Assembly: GCA_964016885.1 (NCBI GenBank)
Contig: OZ024742.1
Span: 73,222,001 to 73,286,000 of the forward strand
DNA length: 64,000 bases
From: Eledone cirrhosa
Taxonomy: Eukaryota
Direction of reading: 5' to 3'
Below, one piece after another: positions 8,959-23,900 of this stretch (its first letter is position 1; each line of letters begins with the position of its first letter). The notes under the pieces are model-generated. The model ran no database searches and was not told the origin of the DNA. It saw only the letters and a list, made by a program, of their open reading frames with translations. The translations under genes and the position numbers were made by a program.

Positions 8959-11900
8959 GTAAAGAACTGTAGGACCTTGACTATAGTTGGACTATCAGTA
9001 AAGAACTGTAGGACCTTGGCTGTAGTTGGACTATCAGTAAAGAACTGTAGGATCTTGGCTATAGTTGGACTATCAGTAAAGAACTGTAGGACCATGGCTA
9101 TAATTGGACTATCAGTAAAGAACTGTAGGACTTTGGCTATAGTTGGACTATCAGAAAAGAACTGTAGGACCTTGGCTGTAGTTGGACTATCAGTAAAGAA
9201 CTGTAGGACCTTGGCTATAGTTGGACTATCAGTAAAGAACTGTAGGACAGGGCTGTAGTTGGACTATCAGAAAAGAACTGTAGGACCTTGGCTGTAGTTG
9301 GACTATCAGTAAAGAACTGTAGGACCTTGGCTATAGTTGCACTATCAGAAAAGAACTGTAAAACCTTGGCTGTAGTTGGACTATCAGTAAAGAACTGTAG
9401 GACCTTGGCTGTAGTTGGACTATCAGTAAAGAACTGTAGGACCTTGGCTATAGTTGGACTATCAGTAAAGAACTGTAGGACCTTGGCTATAGTTGGACTA
9501 TCAGTAAAGAACTGTAGGACCTTGGCTATAGTTGGACTATCAGTAAAGAACTGTAGGACCTTGGCTATAGTTGCACTATCAGAAAAGAACTGTAAAACCT
9601 TGGCTGTAGTTGGACTATCAGTAAAGAACTGTAGGACCTTGGCTATAGTTGGACTATCAGTAAAGAACTGTAGGACCTTGGCTATAGTTGGACTATCAGT
9701 AAAGAACTGTAGGACCTTGGCTATAGTTGGACTATCAGTAAAGAACTGTAGGACCTTGGCTATAGTTGGACTATCAGTAAAGAACTGTAGGACCTTGGCT
9801 ATAGTTGGACTATCAGTAAAGAACTGTAGGACCTTGGCTATAGTTGCACTATCAGAAAAGAACTGTAAAACCTTGGCTGTAGTTGGACTATCAGTAAAGA
9901 ACTGTAGGACCTTGGCTATAGTTGGACTATCAGTAAAGAACTGTAGGACCTTGGCTATAGTTGGACTATCAGTAAAGAACTGTAGGACCTTGGCTATAGT
10001 TGGACTATCAGTAAAGTACTGTAGGACCTTGGCTGTAGTTGGACCATGAGAAAAGAACTGTAGGACCTTGGCTGCAGTTGGACTATCAGAAAAGAACTGT
10101 AGGACCTTGGTTGTAGTGGGACTATCAGTAAATTACTGTAGGACCTTGGCTGTAGTTGGACTATCAGTAAAGAACTGTAGGACCTTGGCTATAGTTGGAC
10201 TATCAGTAAAGAACTGTAGGACCTTGGCTATAGTTGGACTATCAGAAAAGAACTGTAAAACCTTGGCTGTAGTTGGACTATCAGTAAACAACTGTAGGAC
10301 CTTGGCTATAGTTGGACTATCAGTAAAGAACTGTAGGACCTTGGCTATAGTTGGACTATCAGTAAAGAACTGTAGGACCTTGGCTATAGTTGGACTATCA
10401 GAAAAGAACTGTAGGACCATGGCTGTAGTTGCACTATCAGTAAACAACTGTAGGACCTTGGCTATAGTTGGACTATCAGTAAAGAACTGTAGGACCTTGG
10501 CTCTAGTTGGACTTATCAGTAAAGAAATGCAGGACCTTGGCTATAGTTGGACTTATCAGTAAAGAACTGTAGGACCTTGGCTATATTTGGACTATCAGTA
10601 AAGAACAGTAGGACCTTGGCTGTAGTTGAACTATTAGTAAATTACTGTAGGAACTTGGCTATATTTGGACTTATCAGTAAAGAACTGTAGGACCTTGGCT
10701 ATAGTTGGACTATCAGTAAAGAACTGTAGGACCTTGGCTATAGTTGGACTATCAGTAAAGAACTGTAGGACAGGGCTGTAGTTGGACTATCAGAAAAGAA
10801 CTGTAGGACCTTGGCTGTAGTTGGACTTATCAGAAAAGAACTGTAGGACCTTGACTGTAGTTGGACTATCAGTAAACAACTGTAGGACCTTGGATATAAT
10901 TGGACTATCAGTAAAGAACTGTAGGACCTTGGCTCTAGTTGGACTTATCAGTAAAGAAATGCAGGACCTTGGCTATAGTTGGACTATCAGTAAAGAACAG
11001 TAGGACCTTGGCTGTAGTTGAACTATCAGTAAATTACGGTAGGACCTTGGCTGTAGTTGGACTATCAGAAAAGAACTGTAGGAACTTGGCTATATTTGGA
11101 CTTATCAGTAAAGAACTGTAGGACCTTGGCTATAGTTGGACTATCAGTAAAGTACGGTAGGACCTTGGCTGTAGTTGGACTATCAGAAAAGAACTGTAGG
11201 ACCTTGGCTGCAGTTGGACTATCAGTAAAGAACTGTAGGACCTTGGCTGTAGTTGGACTTATCAGAAAAGAACTGTAGGACCTTGGCTGTAGTTGGACTA
11301 TCAGAAAAGAAGTGTAGGACCTTGACTATAGTTGGACTTATCAGTAAAGAACTGTACGACCTTGGCTATAGTTGGACTATCAGTAAAGAACTGTAGGACC
11401 TTGGCTATAGTTGGACTATCAGTAAAGAACTGTAGGACCTTGGCCGTAGTTGGACTATCAGTAAAGAACTGGAGGACCTTGGCTGTAGTTGCACTATCAG
11501 TAAAAAACTGTAGGACCTTGGCTATAATTGGACTATCAGTAAAGAAATGTAGGACCTTGGCTATAGTTGGACTTATCAGTAAAGTACAGTAGGACCTTGG
11601 CTATAGTTGGACTATCAGTAAAGAACTGCAGGACCTTGGCTGTAGTTGGACTATCAGTAAACAACTGTAGGACCTTGGCTATAATTGGACTATCAGTAAA
11701 TTACTGTAGGACCTTGGCTATATTTGGATTTATCAGTAAAGTACTGTAGGACCTTGGCTGTAGTTGGACCATCAGAAAAGAACTGTAGGACCTTGGCTGC
11801 AGTTGGACTATCAGTAAAGAACTGTAGGACCTTGACTGTAGTTGGACTTATCAGAAAAGAACTGTAGGACCTTGGCTGTAGTTGGACTATCAGAAAAGAA

Positions 11901-14900
11901 GTGTAGGACCTTGACTATAGTTGGACTTATCAGTAAAGAACTGTACGACCTTGGCTATAGTTGGACTATCAGTAAAGAACTGTAGGACCTTGGCTGTAGT
12001 TGGACTATCAGTAAAGAACTGTAGGACCTTGGGTACAGTTGGACTATCAGTAAGGAACTGTAGGACCTTGGCTATAGTTGGACTATCAGTAAAGAACTGT
12101 AGGACCTTGGCTGTAGTTGGACTATCAGTAAAGAACTGTAGGACCTTGACTATAGTTGGACTTATCAGTAAAGAACTGTAGGACCTTGGCTGTAGTTGGA
12201 CTATCAGTAAAGAACTGTAGGACCTTGGCTGTAGTTGGACTATCAGTAAAGAACTGTAGGAGATTGGCTATAGTTGGACTATCAGTAAAGAACTGTAGGA
12301 CCTTGGCTGTAGTTGGACTATCAGTAAAGAACTGTAGGACCTTGACTATAGTTGGACTTATCAGTAAAGAACTGTAGGACCTTGGCTATAGTTGGACTAT
12401 CAGTAAAAAACTGTAGGACCTTGGCTATAGTTGGACTATCAGTAAAGAACTGTAGGACCTTGGCTATAGTTGGACTATCAGTAAAGAACTGTAGGACCTT
12501 GTCTATAGTTGGACTATCAGTAAAGAACTGTAGGACCTTGACTGTAGTTGGACTTATCAGAAAAGAACTGTAGGACCTTGGCTGTAGTTGGACTATCAGA
12601 AAAGAAGTGTAGGACCTTGACTATAGTTGGACTTATCAGTAAAGAACTGTACGACCTTGGCTATAGTTGGACTATCAGTAAAGAACTGTAGGACCTTGGC
12701 TGTAGTTGGACTATCAGTAAAGAACTGTAGGACCTTGGGTACAGTTGGACTATCAGTAAGGAACTGTAGGACCTTGGCTATAGTTGGACTATCAGTAAAG
12801 AACTGTAGGACCTTGGCTATAGTTGGACTATCAGTAAAGAACTGTAGGACCTTGACTATAGTTGGACTTATCAGTAAAGAACTGTAGGACCTTGGCTGTA
12901 GTTGGACTATCAGTAAAGAACTGTAGCACCTTGGCTGTAGTTGGACTATCAGTAAAGAACTGTAGGAGATTGGCTATAGTTGGACTATCAGTAAAGAACT
13001 GTAGGACCTTGGCTGTAGTTGGACTATCAGTAAAGAACTGTAGGACCTTGGCTATAGTTGGACTATCAGTAAAAAACTGTAGGACCTTGACTATAGTTGG
13101 ACTTATCAGTAAAGAACTGTAGGACCTTGGCTATAGTTGGACTATCAGTAAAAAACTGTAGGACCTTGGCTATAGTTGGACTATCAGTAAAGAACTGTAG
13201 GACCTTGGCTATAGTTGGACTATCAGTAAAGAACTGTAGGACCTTGGCTATAGTTGGACTATCAGTAAAGAACTGTAGGACCTTGGCTGTCGTTGGACTA
13301 TCAGTAAAGAACTGTAGGACCTTGGCTATAGTTGGACTATCCGTAAGCAACTGTAAGACCTTGGCTATAGTTGGACTATCAGTAAAGAACTGTAGGACCT
13401 TGGCTATAGTTGGACTATCAGTAAAGAACTGTAGGACCTAGGCTATAGTTGGACTATCAGTAAAGAACTGTAGGAGATTGGCTATAGTTGGACTATCAGT
13501 AAAGAACTGTAGGTCCTTGGCTATAGTTGGACTTATCAGTAAAGAACTGTAGGACCTTGGCTATAGTTGGACTATCAGTAAAGAGGTGTAGGACCTTGGC
13601 TATAGTTGGACTATCAGTAAAGAACTGTAGGACCTTGGCTATAGTTGGACTATCAGTAAAGAACTGTAGAACCTTGGCTGTGGTTGAACTATCAGTAAAG
13701 AACTGTAGGACCTTGGCTATAGTTGGACAATCAGTAAAGAACTGTAGGACCTTGGCTATAGTTGGACTATCAGTAAAGAACTGTAGAACCTTGGCTGTGG
13801 TTGAACTATCAGTAAAGAACTGTAGGACCTTGGCTATATTTGGGCAATCAGTAAAGAACTGTAGGACCTTGGCTATAGTTGGACTATCAGTAAAGAACTG
13901 TAGAACCTTGGCTGTGGTTGAACTATCAGTAAAGAACTGTAGGACCTTGGCTATAGTTGGACTATCAGTAAAGAACTGTAGGACCTTGGCTATAGTTGGA
14001 CTATCAGTAAAGAACAGTAGGACCATGGCTATAGTTGGACTATCAGTAAAGAACTGTAGGACCTTGGCTATAGTTGGACTATCAGTAAAGAACAGTAGGA
14101 CCATGGCTATAGTTGGACTATCAGTAAAGAACTGTAGGACCTTGGCTATAGTTGGACTATCAGTAAAGAACTGTAGGTCCTTGGCTATAGTTGGACTGTC
14201 AGTAAAGAACTGTAGGACCTTGGCTATAGTTGGACTATCAGTAAAGAACTGTAAGACCTTGGCTATAGTTGGACTATCAGTAAAGAACTGTAGGACCTTG
14301 GCTATAGTTGGACTATCAGTAAAGAACTGTAGGACCTTGGCTATAGTTGGACTATCAGTAAAGAACTGTAAGACCTTGGCTATAGTTGGACTTATCAGTA
14401 AAGAACTGTAGGACCTTGGCTATAGTTGGACAATCAGTAAAGAACTGTAGGACCTTGGCTATAGTTGGACTATCAGTAAAGAACTGTAAGACCTTGGCTA
14501 TAGTTGGACTTATCAGTAAATAACTGTAGGACCTTGGCTATAGTTGGACTATCAGTAAAGAACTGTAGGACCTTGGCTATAGTTGGACTATCAGTAAAGA
14601 ACTGTAGGACCTTGGCTATAGTTGGACTATCAGTTAAGAAGTGTAGGACCTTGGCTATAGTTAGACTTATCAGTAAAGAAGTGTAGGACCTTGGCTGTAG
14701 TTGGACTATCAGTAATGAACTGTAGGACCTTGGCTGTAGTTGGACTATCAGTAAAGAACTGTAGGACCTTGGCTATAGTTGGACTATCAGTAAAGAACTG
14801 TAGGAGATTGGCTATAGTTGGACTATCAGTAAAGAACTGTAGGACCTTGGCTGTAGTTGGACTATCAGTAAAGAACTGTAGGACCTTGGCTGTTGTTGGA

Positions 14901-17900
14901 CTATCAGAAAAGAACTGTAGGACCTTGGCTGTAGTTGGACTATCAGTAAAGAAATGTAGGACCTTGGCTGTAGTTGCACTATCAGTAAACAACTGTAGGA
15001 CCTTGGCTATAATTGGACTATCAGTAAAGAACTGTAGGACCTTGGCTCTAGTTGGACTTATCAGTAAAGAAATGCAGGACCTTGGCTATAGTTGGACTTA
15101 TCAGTAAAGAATTGTAGGACCTTGGCTATAGTTGGACTTATCAGTAAAGAACTGTAGGACCTTGGCTATAGTTGGACTTATCAGAAAAGAACTGTAGGAC
15201 CTTGGCTGTAGTTGGACTATCAGTAAATTACTGTAGGACCTTGGCTGTAGTTGAACTATTAGTAAATTACTGTAGGAACTTGGCTATATTTGGACTTATC
15301 AGTAAAGAACTGTAGGACCTTGGCTATAGTTGGACTATCAGTAAAGAACTGTAGGACCTTGGCTGTAGTTGGACTTATCAGAAAAGAACTGTAGGACCTT
15401 GACTGTAGTTGGACTATCAGAAAAGAAGTGTAGGACCTTGACTATAGTTGGACTTATCAGTAAAGAACTGTACGACCTTGGCTATAGTTGGACTATCAGT
15501 AAAGAACTGTAGGACCTTGGCTATAGTTGGACTATCAGAAAAGAACTGTAGGACCTTGGTTGTAGTTGGACTATCAGTAAATTACTGTAGGACCTTGGCT
15601 GTAGTTGGACTATCAGTAAAGAACTGTAAAACCTTGGCTGTAGTTGGACTATCAGTAAAGAACTGTAGGACAGGGCTGTAGTTGGACTATCAGAAAAGAA
15701 CTGTACGACTTTGGCTATAGTTGGACTATCAGTAAAGAACTGTAGGACCTTCGCTGTAGTTGGACTATCAGTAAAGAACTGTAGGACCTTGGCTGTGGTT
15801 GAACTATCAGAAAAGAACTGTAGGACCTTGGCTATAGTTGGACTATCAGTAAAGAACTGTAGGACAGGGCTGTAGTTGGACTATCAGAAAAGAACTGTAG
15901 GACCTTGGCTGTAGTTGGACTATCAGAAAAGAACTGTAAAACCTTGGCTGTAGTTGTACTATCAGTAAAGAACTGTAGGACCTTGGCTATAGCTGGACTA
16001 TCAGTAAAGAACTGTAGGACCTTGGCTATAGTTGGACTATCAGTAAAGAACTGTAGGACCTTGGCTATAGTTGGACTACCAGTAAAGAACTGTAGGACCT
16101 TGGCTATAGTTGGACTATCAGTAAAGTACTGTAGGACCTTGGCTGTAGTTGGACCATGAGAAAAGAACTGTAGGACCTTGGCTGCAGTTGGACTATCAGA
16201 AAAGAACTGTAGGACCTTGGCTGTAGTTGGACTATCAGTAAATTACTGTAGGACCTTGGCTGTAGTTGGACTATCAGTAAAGAACTGTAGGACCTTGGCT
16301 ATAGTTGGACTATCAGTAAAGAACTGTAGGACCTTGGCTATAGTTGGACTATCAGTAAAGAACTGTAGGACCTTGGCTATAGTTGGACTATCAGAAAAGA
16401 ACTGTAAAACCTTGGCTGTAGTTGGACTATCAGTAAAGAACTGTAGGACCTTGGCTATAGTTGGACTATCAGAAAAGAACTGTAGGACCATGGCTGTAGT
16501 TGCACTATCAGTAAACAACTGTAGGACCTTGGATATAATTGGACTATCAGTAAAGAACTGTAGGACCTTGGCTCTAGTTGGACTATCAGTAAAGAATTGT
16601 AGGACCTTGGCTATAGTTGGACTTATCAGTAAAGAATTGTAGGACCTTGGCTATAGTTGGACTTATCAGTAAAGAATTGTAGGACCTTGGCTATAGTTGG
16701 ACTTATCAGTAAAGAATTGTAGGACCTTGGCTATAGTTGGACTATCAGTAAAGAACAGTAGGACCTTGGCTGTAGTTGGACTATCAGTAAAGAACTGTAA
16801 GACCATGGCTGTAGTTGAACTATCAGTAAATTACTGTAGGAACTTGGCTATAGTTGGACTATCAGTAAAGTACTGTAGGACCTTGGCTGTAGTTGGACTA
16901 TCAGTAAAGAACTGTAGGACCTTGGCTGTAGTTGGACTATCAGTAAAGAACTGGAGGACCTTGGCTGTAGTTGCACTATCAGTAAAGAACTGTAGGACCT
17001 TGGCTATAATTGGACTATCAGTAAAGAAATGTAGGACCTTGGCTATAGTTGGACTTATCAGTAAAGTACAGTAGGACCTTGGCTATAGTTGGACTATCAG
17101 TAAAGAACTGCAGGACCTTGGCTGTAGTTGGACTATCAGTAAACAACTGTAGGACCTTGGCTATAATTGGACTATCAGTAAATTACTGTAGGACCTTGGC
17201 TATATTTGGATTTATCAATAAAGTACTGTAGGACCTTGGCTGTAGTTGGACCATCAGAAAAGAACTGTAGGACCTTGGCTGCAGTTGGACTATCAGTAAA
17301 GAACTGTAGGACCTTGACTGTAGTTGGACTTATCAGAAAAGAACTGTAGGACCTTGGCTGTAGTTGGACTATCAGAAAAGAAGTGTAGGACCTTGACTAT
17401 AGTTGGACTTATCAGTAAAGAACTGTACGACCTTGGCTATAGTTGGACTATCAGTAAAGAACTGTAGGACCTTGGCTGTAGTTGGACTATCAGTAAAGAA
17501 CTGTAGGACCTTGGGTATAGTTGGACTATCAGTAAGGAACTGTAGGACCTTGGCTATAGTTGGACTATCAGTAAAGAACTGTAGGACCTTGGCTGTAGTT
17601 GGACTATCAGTAAAGAACTGTAGGACCTTGACTATAATTGGACTTATCAGTAAAGAACTGTAGGACCTTGTCTATAGTTGGACTATCAATAAAGAACTGT
17701 AGGACCTTGGCTGTAGTTGGACTATCAGTAAAGAACTGTAGGAGATTGGCTATAGTTGGACTATCAGTAAAGAACTGTAGGACCTTGTCTATAGTTGGAC
17801 TATCAGTAAAAAACTGTAGGACCTTGGCTATAGTTGGACTATCAGTAAAGAACTGTAGGACCTTGGCTATAGTTGGACTATCAGTAAAAAACTGTAGGAC

Positions 17901-20900
17901 CTTGTCTATAGTTGGACTATCAGTAAAGAACTGTAGGACCTTGGCTGTAGTTGGACTATCAGTAAAGAACTGTAGGACCTTGGCTGTAGTTGGACTATCA
18001 GTAAAGAACTGTAGGACCTTGTCTATAGATGGACTATCAGTAAAGAACTGTAGGACCTTGGCTGTAGTTGGACTATCAGTAAAGAACTGTAGGACCTTGG
18101 CTATAGTTGGACTATCAGTAAAGAACTGTAGGAGATTGGCTATAGTTGTACTATCAGTAAAGAACTGTAGGACCTTGGCTGTAGTTGGACTATCAGTAAA
18201 GAACTGTAGGACCTTGGCTGTAGTTGGACTATCAGTAAAGAACAGTAGGACCTTGGCTGTAGTTGGACTATCAGTAAAGAACTGTAGGACCTTGGCTATA
18301 GTTGGACTTATCAGTAAAGAACTGTAGGACCTTGGCTATAGTTTGACTTATCAGTAAAGAACTGTAGGACCTTGGCTGTAGTTGGACTATCAGTAAAGAA
18401 CAGTAGGACCTTGGCTGTAGTTGGACTATCAGTAAAGAACAGTAGGACCTTGGCTGTAGTTGGACTATCAGTAAAGAACAGTAGGACCTTGGCTGTAGTT
18501 GGACTATCAGTAAAGAACTGTAGGACCTTGGCTATAGTTTGACTTATCAGTAAAAAACTGTAGGACCTTGGCTATAGTTCGACTATCAGTAAAGAACTGT
18601 AGGACCTTGGCTATAGTTGGACTATCAGTAAAGAACTGTAGGACCTTGGCTGTCGTTGGACTATCAGTAAAGAACTGTAGGACCTTGGCTATAGTTGGAC
18701 TATCCGTAAGCAACTGTAAGACCTTGGCTATAGTTGGACTATCAGTAAAGAACTGTAGGACCTTGGCTATAGTTGGACTATCAGTAAAGAACTGTAGGAC
18801 CTAGGCTATAGTTGGACTATCAGTAAAGAACTGTAGGAGATTGGCTATAGTTGGACTATCAGTAAAGAACTGTAGGTCCTTGGCTATAGTTGGACTTATC
18901 AGTAAAGAACTGTAGGACCTTGGCTATAGTTGGACTATCAGTAAAGAGGTGTAGGACCTTGGCTATAGTTAGACTTATCAGTAAATAACTGTAGGACCTT
19001 GGCTATAGTTGGACTATCAGTAAAGAACTGTAGGACCTTGGCTGTGGTTGAACTATCAGTAAAGAAATGCAGGACCTTGGCTATAGTTGGACTTATCAGT
19101 AAAGAATTGTAGGACCTTGGCTATAGTTGGACTTATCAGTAAAGAATTGTAGGACCTTGGCTATAGTTGGACTATCAGTAAAGAACAGTAGGACCTTGGC
19201 TGTAGTTGCACTATCAGTAAAGAACTGTAAGACCATGGCTGTAATTGAACTATCAGTAAATTACTGTAGGAACTTGGCTATAGTTGGACTATCAGTAAAG
19301 TACTGTAGGACCTTGGCTGTAGTTGGACTATCAGAAAAGAACTGTAGGACCTTGGCTGCAGTTGGACTATCAGTAAAGAACTGTAGGACCTTGGCTGTAG
19401 TTGGACTTATCAGAAAAGAACTGTAGGACCTTGGCTGTAGTTGGACTATCAGAAAAGAAGTGTAGGACCTTGACTATAGTTGGACTTATCAGTAAAGAAC
19501 TGTACGACCTTGGCTATAGTTGGACTATCAGTAAAGAACTGTAGGACCTTGGCTATAGTTGGACTATCAGTAAAGAACTGTAGGACCTTGGCTGTAGTTG
19601 GACTATCAGTAAAGAACTGGAGGACCTTGGCTGTAGTTGCACTATCAGTAAAGAACTGTAGGACCTTGGCTTTAATTGGACTATCAGTAAAGAAATGTAG
19701 GACCTTGGCTATAGTTGGACTTATCAGTAAAGTACAGTAGGACCTTGGCTATAGTTGGACTATCAGTAAAGAACTGCAGGACCTTGGCTGTAGTTGGACT
19801 ATCAGTAAACAACTGTAGGACCTTGGCTATAATTGGACTATCAGTAAATTACTGTAGGACCTTGGCTATATTTGGATTTATCAATAAAGTACTGTAGGAC
19901 CTTGGCTGTAGTTGGACCATCAGAAAAGAACTGTAGGACCTTGGCTGCAGTTGGACTATCAGTAAAGAACTGTAGGACCTTGACTATAGTTGGACTTATC
20001 AGTAAAGAACTGTACGACCTTGGCTATAGTTGGACTATCAGTAAAGAACTGTAGGACCTTGGCTGTAGTTGAACTATCAGTAAAGAACTGTAGGACCTTG
20101 GGTATAGTTGGACTATCAGTAAGGAACTGTAGGACCTTGGCTATAGTTGGACTATCAGTAAAGAACTGTAGGACCTTGGCTGTAGTTGGACTATCAGTAA
20201 AGAACTGTAGGACCTTGACTATAGTTGGACTTATCAGTAAAGAACTGTAGGACCTTGTCTATAGTTGGACTATCAGTAAAGAACTGTAGGACCTTGGCTG
20301 TAGTTGGACTATCAGTAAAGAACTGTAGGAGATTGGCTATAGTTGGACTATCAGTAAAGAACTGTAGGACATTGTCTATAGTTGGACTATCAGTAAAAAA
20401 CTGTAGGACCTTGGCTATAGTTGGACTATCAGTAAAGAACTGTAGGACCTTGGCTATAGTTGGACTATCAGTAAAAAACTGTAGGACCTTGTCTATAGTT
20501 GGACTATCAGTAAAGAACTGTAGGACCTTGGCTGTAGTTGGACTATCAGTAAAGAACTGTAGGACCTTGGCTATAGTTGGACTTATCAGTAAAGAACTGT
20601 AGGACCTTGGCTATAGTTTGACTTATCAGTAAAAAACTGTAGGACCTTGGCTATAGTTGGACTATCAGTAAAGAACTGTAGGACCTTGGCTATAGTTGGA
20701 CTATCAGTAAAGAACTGTAGGACCTTGGCTGTCGTTGGACTATCAGTAAAGAACTGTAGGACCTTGGCTATAGTTGGACTATCCGTAAGCAACTGTAAGA
20801 CCTTGGCTATAGTTGGACTATCAGTAAAGAACTGTAGGACCTTGGCTATAGTTGGACTATCAGTAAAGAACTGTAGGACCTAGGCTATAGTTGGACTATC

Positions 20901-23900
20901 AGTAAAGAACTGTAGGAGATTGGCTATAGTTGGACTATCAGTAAAGAACTGTAGGTCCTTGGCTATAGTTGGACTTATCAGTAAAGAACTGTAGGACCTT
21001 GGCTATAGTTGGACTATCAGTAAAGAGGTGTAGGACCTTGGCTATAGTTAGACTTATCAGTAAAGAACTGTAGGACCTTGGCTATAGTTGGACTATCAGT
21101 AAAGAACTGTAGGACCTTGGCTGTGGTTGAACTATCAGTAAAGAAATGCAGGACCTTGGCTATAGTTGGACTTATCAGTAAAGAATTGTAGGACCTTGGC
21201 TATAGTTGGACTTATCAGTAAAGAATTGTAGGACCTTGGCTATAGTTGGACTATCAGTAAAGAACTGTAGGACCTTGGCTGTAGTTGGACTATCAGTAAA
21301 GAACTGTAAGACCATGGCTGTAGTTGAACTATCAGTAAATTACTGTAGGAACTTGGCTATAGTTGGACTATCAGTAAAGTACTGTAGGACCTTGGCTGTA
21401 GTTGGACTATCAGAAAAGAACTGTAGGACCTTGGCTGCAGTTGGACTATCAGTAAAGAACTGTAGGACCTTGGCTGTAGTTGGACTTATCAGAAAAGAAC
21501 TGTAGGACCTTGGCTGTAGTTGGACTATCAGAAAAGAAGTGTAGGACCTTGACTATAGTTGGACTTATCAGTAAAGAACTGTACGACCTTGGCTATAGTT
21601 GGACTATCAGTAAAGAACTGTAGGACCTTGGCTATAGTTGGACTATCAGTAAAGAACTGTAGGACCTTGGCTGTAGTTGGACTATCAGTAAAGAACTGGA
21701 GGACCTTGGCTGTAGTTGCACTATCAGTAAAGAACTGTAGGACCTTGGCTTTAATTGGACTATCAGTAAATAAATGTAGGACCTTGGCTATAGTTGGACT
21801 TATCAGTAAAGTACAGTAGGACCTTGGCTATAGTTGGACTATCAGTAAAGAACTGCAGGACCTTGGCTGTAGTTGGACTATCAGTAAACAACTGTAGGAC
21901 CTTGGCTATAATTGGACTATCAGTAAATTACTGTAGGACCTTGGCTATATTTGGATTTATCAATAAAGTACTGTAGGACCTTGGCTGTAGTTGGACCATC
22001 AGAAAAGAACTGTAGGACCTTGGCTGCAGTTGGACTATCAGTAAAGAACTGTAGGACCTTGACTATAGTTGGACTTATCAGTAAAGAACTGTACGACCTT
22101 GGCTATAGTTGGACTATCAGTAAAGAACTGTAGGACCTTGGCTGTAGTTGAACTATCAGTAAAGAACTGTAGGACCTTGGGTATAGTTGGACTATCAGTA
22201 AGGAACTGTAGGACCTTGGCTATAGTTGGACTATCAGTAAAGAACTGTAGGACCTTGGCTGTAGTTGGACTATCAGTAAAGAACTGTAGGACCTTGACTA
22301 TAGTTGGACTTATCAGTAAAGAACTGTAGGACCTTGTCTATAGTTGGACTATCAGTAAAGAACTGTAGGACCTTGGCTGTAGTTGGACTATCAGTAAAGA
22401 ACTGTAGGAGATTGGCTATAGTTGGACTATCAGTAAAGAACTGTAGGACCTTGTCTATAGTTGGACTATCAGTAAAAAACTGTAGGACCTTGGCTATAGT
22501 TGGACTATCAGTAAAGAACTGTAGGACCTTGGCTATAGTTGGACTATCAGTAAAAAACTGTAGGACCTTGTCTATAGTTGGACTATCAGTAAAGAACTGT
22601 AGGACCTTGGCTGTAGTTGGACTATCAGTAAAGAACTGTAGGACCTTGGCTATAGTTGGACTTATCAGTAAAGAACTGTAGGACCTTGGCTATAGTTTGA
22701 CTTATCAGTAAAAAACTGTAGGACCTTGGCTATAGTTGGACTATCAGTAAAGAACTGTAGGACCTTGGCTATAGTTGGACTATCAGTAAAGAACTGTAGG
22801 ACCTTGGCTGTCGTTGGACTATCAGTAAAGAACTGTAGGACCTTGGCTATAGTTGGACTATCCGTAAGCAACTGTAAGACCTTGGCTATAGTTGGACTAT
22901 CAGTAAAGAACTGTAGGACCTTGGCTATAGTTGGACTATCAGTAAAGAACTGTAGGACCTAGGCTATAGTTGGACTATCAGTAAAGAACTGTAGGAGATT
23001 GGCTATAGTTGGACTATCAGTAAAGAACTGTAGGTCCTTGGCTATAGTTGGACTTATCAGTAAAGAACTGTAGGACCTTGGCTATAGTTGGACTATCAGT
23101 AAAGAGGTGTAGGACCTTGGCTATAGTTAGACTTATCAGTAAAGAACTGTAGGACCTTGGCTATAGTTGGACTATCAGTAAAGAAGTGTAGGACCTTGGC
23201 TGTGGTTGAACTATCAGTAAAGAAATGCAGGACCTTGGCTATAGTTGGACTTATCAGTAAAGAATTGTAGGACCTTGGCTATAGTTGGACTTATCAGTAA
23301 AGAATTGTAGGACCTTGGCTATAGTTGGACTATCAGTAAAGAACTGTAGGACCTTGGCTGTAGTTGGACTATCAGTAAAGAACTGTAAGACCATGGCTGT
23401 AGTTGAACTATCAGTAAATTACTGTAGGAACTTGGCTATAGTTGGACTATCAGTAAAGTACTGTAGGACCTTGGCTGTAGTTGGACTATCAGAAAAGAAC
23501 TGTAGGACCTTGGCTGCAGTTGGACTATCAGAAAAGAAGTGTAGGACCTTGACTATAGTTGGACTTATCAGTAAAGAACTGTACGACCTTGGCTATAGTT
23601 GGACTATCAGTAAAGAACTGTAGGACCTTGGCTATAGTTGGACTATCAGTAAAGAACTGTAGGACCTTGGCTGTAGTTGGACTATCAGTAAAGAACTGGA
23701 GGACCTTGGCTGTAGTTGCACTATCAGTAAAGAACTGTAGGACCTTGGCTATAATTGGACTATCAGTAAACAACTGTAGGACCTTGGCTATAATTGGACT
23801 ATCAGTAAATTACTGTAGGACCTTGGCTATATTTGGATTTATCAATAAAGTACTGTAGGACCTTGGCTGTAGTTGGACCATCAGAAAAGAACTGTAGGAC

